DNA of 44,119 nt, taken from positions 1 to 44,119 of the forward strand of contig CAWIMJ010000037.1 in assembly GCA_963837175.1 (NCBI GenBank), written 5' to 3'. A program made the translations under genes and the position numbers. Under the pieces are notes generated by a model. It had not been told where the DNA came from, made no database searches, and worked only from the letters and a program-made list of their open reading frames with translations. Every line of letters starts with the position of its first letter. The stretch's first letter is position 1. Of the stretch, positions 1 through 9,805 are shown in pieces. This DNA is from an uncultured Nitrososphaeraceae archaeon (GTDB lineage: Archaea; Thermoproteota; Nitrososphaeria; Nitrososphaerales; Nitrososphaeraceae).

Positions 1-481
1 TCCCCTTATCATATAGACGAAACCACAACTCAGATAGGTAACAATGATGCATGGCTATTGGTAGCAATAGAACCCTAGTCATCATCAAATTCTCTGTGTT
101 TATATGTCAAGGCTAGGCAATATGTTAGTTGCAGAGATATTCTTGATATCATTGATTAAACTTTATGGAAAACATGTTGTCTATTCTGATGATGCAGGAC
201 CATGGTACCATGAAGCTTATAATTCTGTTGGGATTAAATATAAACTACATATGTCATTTGAAAAGTGCATTATTGAAAGGGCTATGGAGTATGTCAAGAA
301 TAGAACCGAAGACTTTGACTATTGTCCATAAGTGTAAAGAAAGCAATAGATTGTAACCAAATACATGCCTACCATTGGATGATAGTGTTTACATGTCTAC
401 ATAACCTATCAGATCATATTCTGACTCTGGCCTTCTTAAATACTTGGCAGGTGGTAAAAACAAACCTTAACTTAACAGAAC
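1..481 (+). mobile_element. Degenerate IS6-family element (transposase pseudogene, right end; runs off window)
   Basis: Reads IDETTTQIGNNDAWLLVAIEP* then SRLGNMLVAEIFL..YGKHVVYSDD..WY..IIERAMEYVKNRTEDFD, the archaeal IS6 DDE pattern broken by a stop and frameshifts. Ends in IR-like CCTTAACTTAACAGAAC (465-481). Confidence 0.85.
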
Positions 482-530
482 TGGCATCCTGAAGGAAAAG
501 AAGAAATATATCTAGCATTGATGGATAATT

Positions 531-1046
531 ATGGTATCAGTAGTTAATAATTCAATCAGGAGAATAATAATATTATTTCCCATTGTTGCTATTATCTCAA
601 CTCTACCTTTATTACATGGGACATTTGCTTATCATGGACAAGAAATTTCATTGGTATTAAATTCGGCGGACTTCACATCACTTTCTACAAACAAAACTGG
701 TAACCAAGTCAGAGTGTTTGTAAATTATACTGTTAATGACCCTTCAATAGATAGTCAAACTATTAATTCTGTTATGAAAGTCTATAGTCCTAATGGAACA
801 TTGCTTAAAACATCTTCATCACCAAATGGATTTACTATCAATAACACTGGAGTCCAACGCCATTCAACTACCTTAACTAATAGTATTATACAAAATATTT
901 CAGCAGTTGTGCAATTTACTGATGTATCAAAGATAATACCTCTATCAAATTCAGTAGTTGTCAAACTTAACTTGGCAAATTCTTCTACAGCAATAAAACC
1001 AGAGGATAAAAAGCCTGCAATTGCTTCATTACCACCGCCGTCATAA
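531..1046 (+). CDS. Hypothetical secreted protein
   Basis: 171-aa ORF with N-terminal hydrophobic signal ending TFA and an S/T/N-rich beta-type body. Confidence 0.75.
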   Translation: MVSVVNNSIRRIIILFPIVAIISTLPLLHGTFAYHGQEISLVLNSADFTSLSTNKTGNQVRVFVNYTVNDPSIDSQTINSVMKVYSPNGTLLKTSSSPNGFTINNTGVQRHSTTLTNSIIQNISAVVQFTDVSKIIPLSNSVVVKLNLANSSTAIKPEDKKPAIASLPPPS

Positions 1047-1458
1047 TACTACTATTGGAAAGCACTGTATTTGGGAATCTGCACGCACAATATCAATTTT
1101 TTTTCTTAATAGATTAGGCAAAAAATAGGCAGATTAAACTATTATAATTAAGTGTTTATCATAAATCATGCTATATGATCATGTTATAAATAGGAGTTGA
1201 TAATAGTATCACATTATTCGTTGAAAGAATATAAAAACATTAGATCGCCATAACTAATTCTTGTTGGCACTCTTTTCTATTTTCCACCATTATATGTTTA
1301 CTTTTATATTTTTCTGTATCTTCATTATTGTCTTGCATCATTGTGGATCTTCATAATTGTTTACTTTCTAATATTTGTCCGTGATTAAATACTAAAAGTA
1401 CTACTGCTGTATTACGCTTATTAAAAATGTGTTTATTACATATGCAACTACAGGGTAA

Positions 1459-1574
1459 TATACTGCCTAACATAATTTCGTATATCTTTTAAAACCAAGT
1501 AAAAGGATTTTTTAAGCATAGTAAACCTTACATATTAAGAAAAATCTGTAAACGAACTTTTGTTAGTTAGTATA
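1459..1574. mobile_element. MITE copy 1 (112-bp core plus flanking TA; IS630/Tc1-like ends)
   Basis: Matches 25863-25978 with 2 mismatches. Imperfect terminal IRs TATACTGCCTAACATAATTTCG / TATACTAACTAACAAAAGTTCG. Confidence 0.9.
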
Positions 1575-1749
1575 GCTAAACCCCATTATTAAATTTAAAA
1601 AGCAAAGTTATATTATTATTATCATTATTGAAAGATGATTTTTTTGTTTGCAATATCTTGTTATCTAAAACCAATGCATTTTTATACATAAATTTTTGTG
1701 TTCATATTTTATCAGTAAAGATTTTAAATCTAAATGTTGTTGAGGTGTT

Positions 1750-1890
1750 ATGATGATAGGTGCAACATTCTCTTGTAATTGTTGTAAAATAAAATTTCAA
1801 GTAATTGGAATATCCACCAAAAACGAACCTAAGTATTGTCCATACTGTGGTGTGAATTCCATAGAAACCTATAACATTATTCTCTGTTAG
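1750..1890 (+). CDS. Small CPxCG-type zinc-ribbon micro-protein (46 aa, not in ORF track)
   Basis: MMIGATFSCNCCKIKFQVIGISTKNEPKYCPYCGVNSIETYNIILC*, preceded by SD-like GAGGTG (1742-1747). Confidence 0.75.
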   Translation: MMIGATFSCNCCKIKFQVIGISTKNEPKYCPYCGVNSIETYNIILC

Positions 1891-2005
1891 TCGTTATTCG
1901 CCAGTCTTGGAAAATTATGCATTAAAATATTCAGTATAATTTAATGAAGGGAATTTTGCATTATAAAAATGAAAGTGGTTACTACTACTTACCTACTATT
2001 TAGTA

Positions 2006-2650
2006 CTACTTTACAATAATTCTTCCAGTCATCCATGGATGGAAAATACATATGTAATCATAATTTCCTGCTTTTTTAAATGCTGCACTAAATGTAGTTA
2101 TAGGTGGGATTCCTGGTAGTATTTGTCCTGCTGGAAGTATCACACCTGAATTAACATACTTTTCAGTTCCATCTATTTCATATAAAGCATTTGGATTCAG
2201 GTATGTGACATTATCAGTTGAATCAATTACAACTGGATAAAATCCTCTTGCATCTAAAGCCGCTATAACATTTGTTCTATTTGTACCATTACCATTAGGT
2301 ATTACTACTGCTTCACTATTAGCCCCTGGAGGCAAGGGTATGAATTGTGTTGAGTCGGAAACAGCAAAGGGTGCAATTATATCTGTCATATATTTATTAT
2401 CCCTTACAAAGGTAACTGTATGCGGCTCTGACACCTCTGTAGGATTATACCAAGTTACACTTTCACCTACATTGATTTGTACGTCCTTCGGTAAAAACCG
2501 ACTAAATGAAATAGTAGCATTTCCTCCTCCAGCTTGTACTACTTTATTTGCAGTCTCTTCTCTTGTTGCGTTTGTGGTATTAATATGCGTCATCATTACA
2601 AATACTATTGTAACAATGACAATGAATGCCAATATTCTCTTGTAATGCAT
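2006..2650 (-). CDS. Secreted or membrane-anchored cupredoxin (plastocyanin-like blue copper protein)
   Basis: Signal anchor; VGESVTWYN..EPHTVTF and YDYICIFHPWMTG supply type-1 Cu ligands H, C, H, M. Confidence 0.92.
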   Translation of the reverse strand: MHYKRILAFIVIVTIVFVMMTHINTTNATREETANKVVQAGGGNATISFSRFLPKDVQINVGESVTWYNPTEVSEPHTVTFVRDNKYMTDIIAPFAVSDSTQFIPLPPGANSEAVVIPNGNGTNRTNVIAALDARGFYPVVIDSTDNVTYLNPNALYEIDGTEKYVNSGVILPAGQILPGIPPITTFSAAFKKAGNYDYICIFHPWMTGRIIVK

Positions 2651-2714
2651 ACTATATCGGTGATTGGGATTATATATTATAAGAATTATTCATGTATGAA
2701 AATTATAATATAAT

Positions 2715-2951
2715 CTACCTCAGCAAATGTATATATTTTCTCTACAGATTACGTTAGCATTGTACATGGTGGATGTGATATCATCATGTATTGGAGGGAT
2801 AATTTTATTTATATATGGAATTGTTCCTACTCTTCTACCAATGCATTTTATAATAAGGCTGCACTTTCACCAATAAACCAAGCAAGCCTTGCCAACTCCA
2901 CTTGGCGTTGACTAGATAATTGGTAGATATATGGTATGTATGTGACATGCA
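2715..2951 (-). pseudogene. Probable eroded gene remnant (His-rich thaumarchaeal protein)
   Basis: Minus-strand fragments resemble HIH..., PIHDD, IHHVQ and YTFAE but are broken by stops and frameshifts. Boundaries approximate. Confidence 0.3.
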
Positions 2952-3186
2952 TGAGATATAACCAAACAAAGTTACAAAAGACATCAAAAAAAGCAAACCA
3001 GAAAAGCAATTTACTTAATGGTTTTTAAATGGGGGAAAAAATGGCACGCTGACTCTTTCTTTAATGTTGTGAGCGTTATTATATTTAGAATGAATCCTTA
3101 GACATTTTTGCAAATGCCTCCCCAGTTTTTCTAAGCTCCTCAGGAGACAGAATCTTACTAATGGGTTTTCACCAGTAAATCCTGAA

Positions 3187-3808
3187 TTGAGCAAAAGACA
3201 GGCAATAAATAGTTCAGAAAATATAGTAGGAGGCGGCGCTACCAATAATCTTTCTCCACAAAGTCTAATTCAATCAGGCTCTCCGTTAATAGGAAAACCA
3301 GCTGCACCGATTACAATAGTGGAATTTGGAGACTTTCAGTGCAAATTCTGTGATAGATTTGCTAAAGAAACAGAACCGAAAATTAACGCAACTTACTTTC
3401 AGACTGGCAAGGTTAATATGATAGTCAAGAATTTTGTAATATATGGCCCTGATTCACCACAGCTGCCATGGCAGCTCAGTGTGCAAATGACCAAGGCAAG
3501 TTTTGGAATTTTATAATATATTATACAAAAATCAAGGAGAAAACTCTGGTTGGGCTAATGCAGACAATCTGAAAAAATTCGCGTCACAAATACTTGGATT
3601 GAACATACAAGAGTTTAGTTTCTGTCCTGATAGTGCAAAATACAAATCCTTCGTAGATAAAGATAACGCGTTTGCAATTACATCAGGCTTTCAACGAACA
3701 CCCACATTCATAATAGAAAAGAGTGATGGTTCTAAACCAGAAACTTTACTTGGAGCACATCCTTTTCCTTCCTTTCTGCAATAATTGATAAGAAATTGAG
3801 TGAATAAG
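3187..3808 (+). pseudogene. DsbA/Thioredoxin_4-family oxidoreductase, frameshifted
   Basis: GKPAAPITIVEFGDFQCKFC; AAMAAQCANDQGKFW continues in another frame from 3456; EFYNILY...TPTF in a third frame from about 3506; tail IIDKKLSE* shifted again near 3780. Confidence 0.85.
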
Positions 3809-3821
3809 TGAATATATCAAT

Positions 3822-4430
3822 TTGATTCCATTTAAAAGAAAAAAGAAAGAAAATAGAACAATAAGATCACCAGCTTCATCTTCATTGAGAACAGCATTAT
3901 TCTTGCGACCTTCCATTATTTTACTTGCAATTAGAATGGTCTTCTTTCCGAACTGGCCATACATTGCTTTGGCAGCGGTAGTATCATCAATATTCTGGAT
4001 TATATTTAATGTCTTTGACCAATTGCTCTTTTTCTCACCAGTCTTTGTATTTTACCTACCTGATGATGCAGTATTAGGATTTATTGTTTCAACTATAACT
4101 GCAGTTCTTTTGGGTATAGTTGTAAGTATGAATGTGTATGTATTAAAACATTCAAGAGGTTCGAAGATAAATGTTGGTTCATTTTTTTCAGGGTCAACTT
4201 TAAGTGTGATTTCAAGTACGTGTGCTAGCTGTTCCTCACTTGGTTTTCTTCTTGTTTCTACATTTGGTGGAGTGGGGATAACAGCATCAACCTTTCTCTC
4301 CAATTATCAGATACCTCTACGTATTATCTCTATAGCTCTTTTAATGTGGGCATTATATTCAATAAGTAACAAATTGACTAAAAGTTGTGTATTAAATTAT
4401 GATGTAGATAATGGAGCAAGTAAAATCTAA
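3822..4430 (+). CDS. Multi-pass membrane protein with CASC motif
   Basis: About 4 hydrophobic segments, STCASCSS, and a further Cys near the C-terminus (KSC). Starts about 13 nt after the DsbA-like gene; true start uncertain. Confidence 0.8.
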   Translation: MIPFKRKKKENRTIRSPASSSLRTALFLRPSIILLAIRMVFFPNWPYIALAAVVSSIFWIIFNVFDQLLFFSPVFVFYLPDDAVLGFIVSTITAVLLGIVVSMNVYVLKHSRGSKINVGSFFSGSTLSVISSTCASCSSLGFLLVSTFGGVGITASTFLSNYQIPLRIISIALLMWALYSISNKLTKSCVLNYDVDNGASKI

Positions 4431-4704
4431 ATCTTATATGCATGTATAGACGATATAGAATAGCTGGCGACGCTCATCTGACGATTATACGATAGGCAAG
4501 TGACCAAGATGACGACAAAGTATGATAACTATGATAATATTATTTGAAAACCAACCATTTGATAATTCATTGAGCTTAGCGTAGATGACTATGTCATCAT
4601 CTACCAGAACTGATGACCTTCTTTCTCTAATCAATGAAGTTTTGGACAAGTTGCAATTTCTTTGAAATTATTTATTTGCAGTTGAATCATAGGCATAGTT
4701 ATTA

Positions 4705-5517
4705 TTAATTAACTGGTTGGTAGTTACGTTGAATATAGTATTGATTCTCAACGAAAATCCTTCGCTGCTCTCCTAGTTTATTCTGGAATAACCTCGTAAC
4801 ATGCTGAAATATCCTATATGAAACAGCCATTGCTTCAACCTTTTCCTTATCTGAAACCGCATTGGTTTCTATTATAATATAATCTGATACTATTTTCAAG
4901 CTTACTTGAAAAGAATCGTCTTCGTTGACCCATTGTAATGCATAACCTGTTCCACCTTCGATTAAACTAACCCAGCGAAAGTTATTAAACCATCTTCCGA
5001 TTAAACTATCTGCTATCTCGTTAGCTTTTACATTGATAGGAATGTATGTTAAAATCAATTGTGAATAAATATTTCCTTTTCCCTCTAGATCTCGAGGACC
5101 ATTTTTTAATAACACTGATTCGCCTTTTTGAGTTAATTTGTATCCTGAATGAACGGTCGACTTTTCAATCATACCTAAATCTTGTAGCCGATTCAAAGCT
5201 CTTGAAAGACTTTGCTGATGAATATGTAATTTCCTCATCAAACCCTTAAATGAATAATAGTTCGATCCATCCTCTTGATTTAACAATGAAAGAATTTTGT
5301 TATCATTTGTACGAAAATCGGTAACAGATAAGGAATAATCATCCTCATCTTTATCATCTCTCTGAATTAGAATTTGGGAGGTCTTACTACTATCAGGAAT
5401 AGATGAGACTATTTCTTTTTGATTTTCAATCACATTCTTATCAAGATCATCTTTCTCTGAAGCAATATCTTCGCTTTGGGAAATTCCTGCTTCTAGAGAT
5501 ATATTTTCTTTATTCAA
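4705..5517 (-). CDS. MarR-like winged-HTH regulator with C-terminal domain
   Basis: SFKGLMRKLHIHQQSLSRALNRLQDLGMIEK...GYKLTQKG is a wHTH signature. Confidence 0.85.
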   Translation of the reverse strand: MNKENISLEAGISQSEDIASEKDDLDKNVIENQKEIVSSIPDSSKTSQILIQRDDKDEDDYSLSVTDFRTNDNKILSLLNQEDGSNYYSFKGLMRKLHIHQQSLSRALNRLQDLGMIEKSTVHSGYKLTQKGESVLLKNGPRDLEGKGNIYSQLILTYIPINVKANEIADSLIGRWFNNFRWVSLIEGGTGYALQWVNEDDSFQVSLKIVSDYIIIETNAVSDKEKVEAMAVSYRIFQHVTRLFQNKLGEQRRIFVENQYYIQRNYQPVN

Positions 5518-5744
5518 TAGTCATAAATAATTACTCTCTGCATAATATAAATTGTAAAGTAACCATTTGGCAACTTGGTAAGTCAAAAACAACTAAATTC
5601 TTAAAACCGAATGCTATATTGATGCTGCAGCAGCAGTGGTCTTATAGTTCATTGTTTTTTCACAGAAACAAAGTCAACTAGTTATTCTAAATGAATTCGA
5701 CATTATTGTTACCTATGCTATTTGGGCTTCATACTATTCTATTA

Positions 5745-6119
5745 TTAATCATTTTTCTTTACTAATCTGGCTGCTATCTCAATATCATATACACTATTAT
5801 ATTGAATGTCTTCCCTAAGGTTATTTTGAACAGCTTCCATAACATCATTAATTCTGTTTCCCATACTTGGAGATTTCCGATTTATATGATCCTTGATCTC
5901 TTCTTTTGTGGTTGGAAATATTAAACCTTCAAGTAGATTCGCCATTTTTGATGCTATATTTCTGTTGACAGTTTCATTAGTTGGCGGCTCCCCTCTAATA
6001 TCGCCAACTCGTTCGGCTGGTGCATCTATCCCTGACTGGGTGTTATCAGTATAGTTACGATCATCTGATACATAAGACATTGGTTTTATCTTCTTCCTCT
6101 CTCTATAACAAGTGGTCAT
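5745..6119 (-). CDS. DUF2795-like small protein
   Basis: LLEGLIFPTTKEEI ... YNSVYDI resembles the DUF2795 pattern. Start may be the ATG at 6080. Confidence 0.6.
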   Translation of the reverse strand: MTTCYRERKKIKPMSYVSDDRNYTDNTQSGIDAPAERVGDIRGEPPTNETVNRNIASKMANLLEGLIFPTTKEEIKDHINRKSPSMGNRINDVMEAVQNNLREDIQYNSVYDIEIAARLVKKND

Positions 6120-6636
6120 GATGTCTCATAAATATTTTAGTTAATCATTCTATTCGACGACCATCAGATTGAACTGTCAGGCAAATAGATGATATCACAA
6201 AATTTATAATGATATTAACGAAAATAAAACACATCACGAATTAAAAATAATATATTGCTTTCTAAAGAGTAGGAAGATGAGTATTTCTTATGGACTGCTT
6301 TGAAATATCCTTAGTTTATTGATGATTATAGTAATTGTAACATCTGATTAGAAATTATAATAGAATATTTATTTGTCTTTTTAGTCGATAATTTTACTAT
6401 CCGTGTTTTATCACTTCTCACATTTTGTTGTGTTTTTCTCTCAGTCTTACCACTCCTCTAATCAATAAATCGATCGTAAGAATTTTTTAATACTTATAGT
6501 TAAATATCTATATGTGATAAGATAGACCATATATCTTTGGCTTCTTTTATTTAATTTTTCATAATAATCATATAAATATCCCATAAGTGAGATGATGTCA
6601 AGATTAATTAAGACTGTAAATATGGAGTAAAAAGAT

Positions 6637-7665
6637 ATGATTGAGAATGTTGCTAATGATGATGAGGGTGATGGTGATGGTGGGGATAGTAGTAGTAATA
6701 GTTACCAACGTCAGACCGTATTAAATTTGTATAATTCTGGTATCTCGGCTGACATAATATCTTTACAGCTCGATATGAGTAAAGAGGAAGTAGACAAAAT
6801 TATTGAGGCCGCAAATATAGAAGAAGAGAGAAAGAAGGTGTTTATCAGACAGGCGTCAGATACTCCGTCATTAGGTTCGTTTTATCTAGATGCAGTAGTT
6901 GACCTAGATGCGGCAATTAAGATGGCACAATCAAGAGTCTGGAAGGCATTAAAAGTAGCACCAGAATTTAATATCTCATTTAAAGAAACACATAATGTAT
7001 TAGAAAAGTTTGCTAAATCTAAAGTAACGCTGGTAATTTTGCATATTGATCTTGTAGGTTCAACCAGACTCTCAATGACTCTTCCTGTTGACAGACTTGC
7101 AACAATAATTCAAGCATTTACTCAAGAAATGTCTCTTATGATTTCAGCATATGGTGGATATGTATTAAAGTATGTCGGAGATGCAATTCTAGCATTTTTT
7201 GTTGTGGATAATAACTATGATTTGTATCTACCGTGCATTAATGCAGTATATTGTGCAAGATCTATGATTAAAGTAATTCGGCAGGGTATAAATCCAATTC
7301 TAAATCAGTATGACTACCCTGAAATGAGTGTACGAGTTGGAATAGATGTCGGTGAGAATGTAATAGTACAGTTTGGATGGGATTCACTCACTTATACATC
7401 TGACAGTAAAGAAGATAAAAATAACGGGAATCGAATATTAATAAAAAAACCTCATCTAGACATTTTGGGGTATACTATAAGCATTACGGCAAAAATGACT
7501 GCACTTGCGCGACCCGACCAGATTGTTATAGGTCAATCAGTATATAATTCACTGGACAACTCTCAAAAGTCGAATTTCAATGTGTTACTCATTAGTCCTG
7601 AAGTCTGGAATTATGTAAGCGAAAACACTGGAAATATTTATCGTCTCTATGGGAGTATTTGGTAA
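6637..7665 (+). CDS. Class III adenylate/guanylate cyclase with N-terminal HTH-like region
   Basis: HIDLVGST, LKYVGDAILAFF, VRVGIDVG, DILG and QIVIGQ cyclase motifs. Confidence 0.92.
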   Translation: MIENVANDDEGDGDGGDSSSNSYQRQTVLNLYNSGISADIISLQLDMSKEEVDKIIEAANIEEERKKVFIRQASDTPSLGSFYLDAVVDLDAAIKMAQSRVWKALKVAPEFNISFKETHNVLEKFAKSKVTLVILHIDLVGSTRLSMTLPVDRLATIIQAFTQEMSLMISAYGGYVLKYVGDAILAFFVVDNNYDLYLPCINAVYCARSMIKVIRQGINPILNQYDYPEMSVRVGIDVGENVIVQFGWDSLTYTSDSKEDKNNGNRILIKKPHLDILGYTISITAKMTALARPDQIVIGQSVYNSLDNSQKSNFNVLLISPEVWNYVSENTGNIYRLYGSIW

Positions 7666-7805
7666 TAGAGAAAGCGTTGATAATAAATGTGTGTACATCT
7701 CTTTCACCTCTCCTAGGATAACCCTTTTAATTTAGCTCTCTTCTACATTTACGTACTTATCACAAACTTATTATTTCTTATTCTAAATTTGAAATTTAAA
7801 CTTGA

Positions 7806-7880
7806 GCGAAGTTAGCCCAGCCCGGTTAAGGTACAAGCTTCCCAAGCTCGGGATCGCGGGTTCAAATCCCGCACTTCGCA
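7806..7880 (+). tRNA. tRNA-Gly(CCC)
   Basis: Acceptor GCGAAGT/ACTTCGC, anticodon loop TTCCCAA, T-arm GCGGG-TTCAAAT-CCCGC. One A-C mismatch in the anticodon stem. Confidence 0.93.
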
Positions 7881-8264
7881 TTTAATACAGCCACTAATTC
7901 AAATGATTGTAGATTTGCAATGCTTTTGTCAAATGTTTAACTTCTAGTGATGCTAAAAATATTACATTAATAATTGCATAATTTTTTGATATTGATTACT
8001 ATATTTTATAGATAAAGGATTCAAATTTCAACAGATATCTCATTTAGATTCTGTAAACATTCAGAATACTATTAACCGAAGTGATTTGAGCAGAAGATAG
8101 CCCATGATCAGATCTTAAAAATAAAGAATCTACTTAAATCCCATACAATTATTCTCCTATAGGATCCATTCAGAAAAACTAAGTATGAGTGAAATAACTC
8201 CTTAGAAAGGAATATAGTGGTTCTGGGTATTAAGGCCTAATAGAGATATTGTAAATAATTGTTA

Positions 8265-8339
8265 AGCCCTAGGTGAGATTTGAACCCACGACCTAAGGTT
8301 TACGAAACCTTCGCTCTAACCAGGCTGAGCTACTAGGGC
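8265..8339 (-). tRNA. tRNA-Thr(CGT)
   Basis: Reverse complement GCCCTAG...AAGGT-TTCGTAA-ACCTT...GTGGG-TTCAAAT-CTCAC-CTAGGGC-T forms a full cloverleaf with no intron. Confidence 0.96.
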
Positions 8340-8467
8340 ATAATAGATATAGGAAATTTCAATGCTCATTATTTAATTCTTCATATACTTTAAGATAGAA
8401 ACTACTCTAAATTCAGTCATTAATTAGCGCAGAGTAAATATTACGGCTATCTAGTAGGTTACCATTT

Positions 8468-9805
8468 ATGAAGATATCAATATCTGGTGTTAGAGGAATT
8501 TATGGTGTTGATCTTAGTTTACATGAAATTATCAGATTCACGAGATTGTTTGCTTCTATAATTAAGTCGGAAGGAAGAAAATGTGTTTTAGCACAAGATA
8601 CTCGACCTTCAAGTAAAATAATTAGTCAGATCGTTTCGGCAAGTTTGATGGAACAGGATATTGACGTATACAATTTTGATGTGGCACCAACACCCCTGAT
8701 ATTCAAAGAGTCAAGAAAATATGGTTCGGGCTTTGTTGTTACTGCCTCACATAATCCTCTTGAATGGAATGGATTAAAATTCATAATAAAAGGTAGAGGA
8801 ATTTTTGAAAATGAGCTGCATAGCATGCTAAAGAAAACGGCATTATTATCAGAATCAACATCAACATCTATTGCTGGCAAATTTGGCAGATCCTTTGAGT
8901 GTATTTCAGAATATGTAGACGAGACTGTCAATTTCGTGGAGAAATCAACAGATCATAGGACATTAAAGATCGGGCTTGATCCTGGTGGAGGAGCCACATG
9001 CGGTTATGCTAATCACTTATTCAAAAAACTTGGCAGCAAATTTTATAGTATAAATGATGTTCGTGGAGTAAGTTCAAGAGGACCTGATCCTACAACAGAT
9101 TATCTTAATGAACTGTGCATGCTAGTCATATCAAATGAGCTTGACCTTGGGTTTGCATTCGATTTAGATGGAGATAGACTTGTAGTAGTTAATGGAAAGG
9201 GTGAAAAATTAAGCTCTGATGCTACACTTTTGATTTGTATTGCCAGTGCAATTAATTTAGGAATGAAAAAATTTGTTACAAGTATAGATACCAGTATAGC
9301 CGTGGAGAAATTTATAAAGGATCACGGCGGAAGGTTTGATTTTTCCAAGGTTGGTGAAGCAAATGTCGTTAGCAAAATGTTAGAAGTTGGTGCTGAGGCA
9401 GGTGGAGAAGGAAGTAGTGCCGGCTTTATTATGCCGAAATTCAATATGTGTAGAGATGGATTTTTGGCAAGTGCCATCATCTCTTCTTTAGACAAGAAAG
9501 AAATAGAGGAATATCTTAGATTCTCTTCTCAATATGTTCAAATTAGATCAAAAATACCTGCAGACTCTTCTTTGCACAGAAAAGTTATCGAGAAATTAAA
9601 TGATTCATTCAAGGCGGAATCATCAGTAGTGTTGACGATCGATGGTATTAAAGCCATAGTAGATGATGATTCTTGGATACTTATAAGACCATCAAATACA
9701 GAACATGCTATCAGAATATCAGTAGAATCCAAAAAGCAAAATATACAATCTTTGTACAAGAAGACAAGAGAACAAGTTCAATTTACATATGACCAAATTA
9801 AATGA
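8468..9805 (+). CDS. Phosphomannomutase/phosphoglucomutase
   Basis: TASHNP phosphoserine motif, FDLDGDR metal loop, GGEGSS and IRPSNTE. Confidence 0.95.
   Translation: MKISISGVRGIYGVDLSLHEIIRFTRLFASIIKSEGRKCVLAQDTRPSSKIISQIVSASLMEQDIDVYNFDVAPTPLIFKESRKYGSGFVVTASHNPLEWNGLKFIIKGRGIFENELHSMLKKTALLSESTSTSIAGKFGRSFECISEYVDETVNFVEKSTDHRTLKIGLDPGGGATCGYANHLFKKLGSKFYSINDVRGVSSRGPDPTTDYLNELCMLVISNELDLGFAFDLDGDRLVVVNGKGEKLSSDATLLICIASAINLGMKKFVTSIDTSIAVEKFIKDHGGRFDFSKVGEANVVSKMLEVGAEAGGEGSSAGFIMPKFNMCRDGFLASAIISSLDKKEIEEYLRFSSQYVQIRSKIPADSSLHRKVIEKLNDSFKAESSVVLTIDGIKAIVDDDSWILIRPSNTEHAIRISVESKKQNIQSLYKKTREQVQFTYDQIK

Noticed and set aside
4560-4620. Hairpin GTAGATGA/TCATCTAC and a TGATGA box suggesting a C/D sRNA
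   Set aside because: No properly spaced D box; insufficient support.
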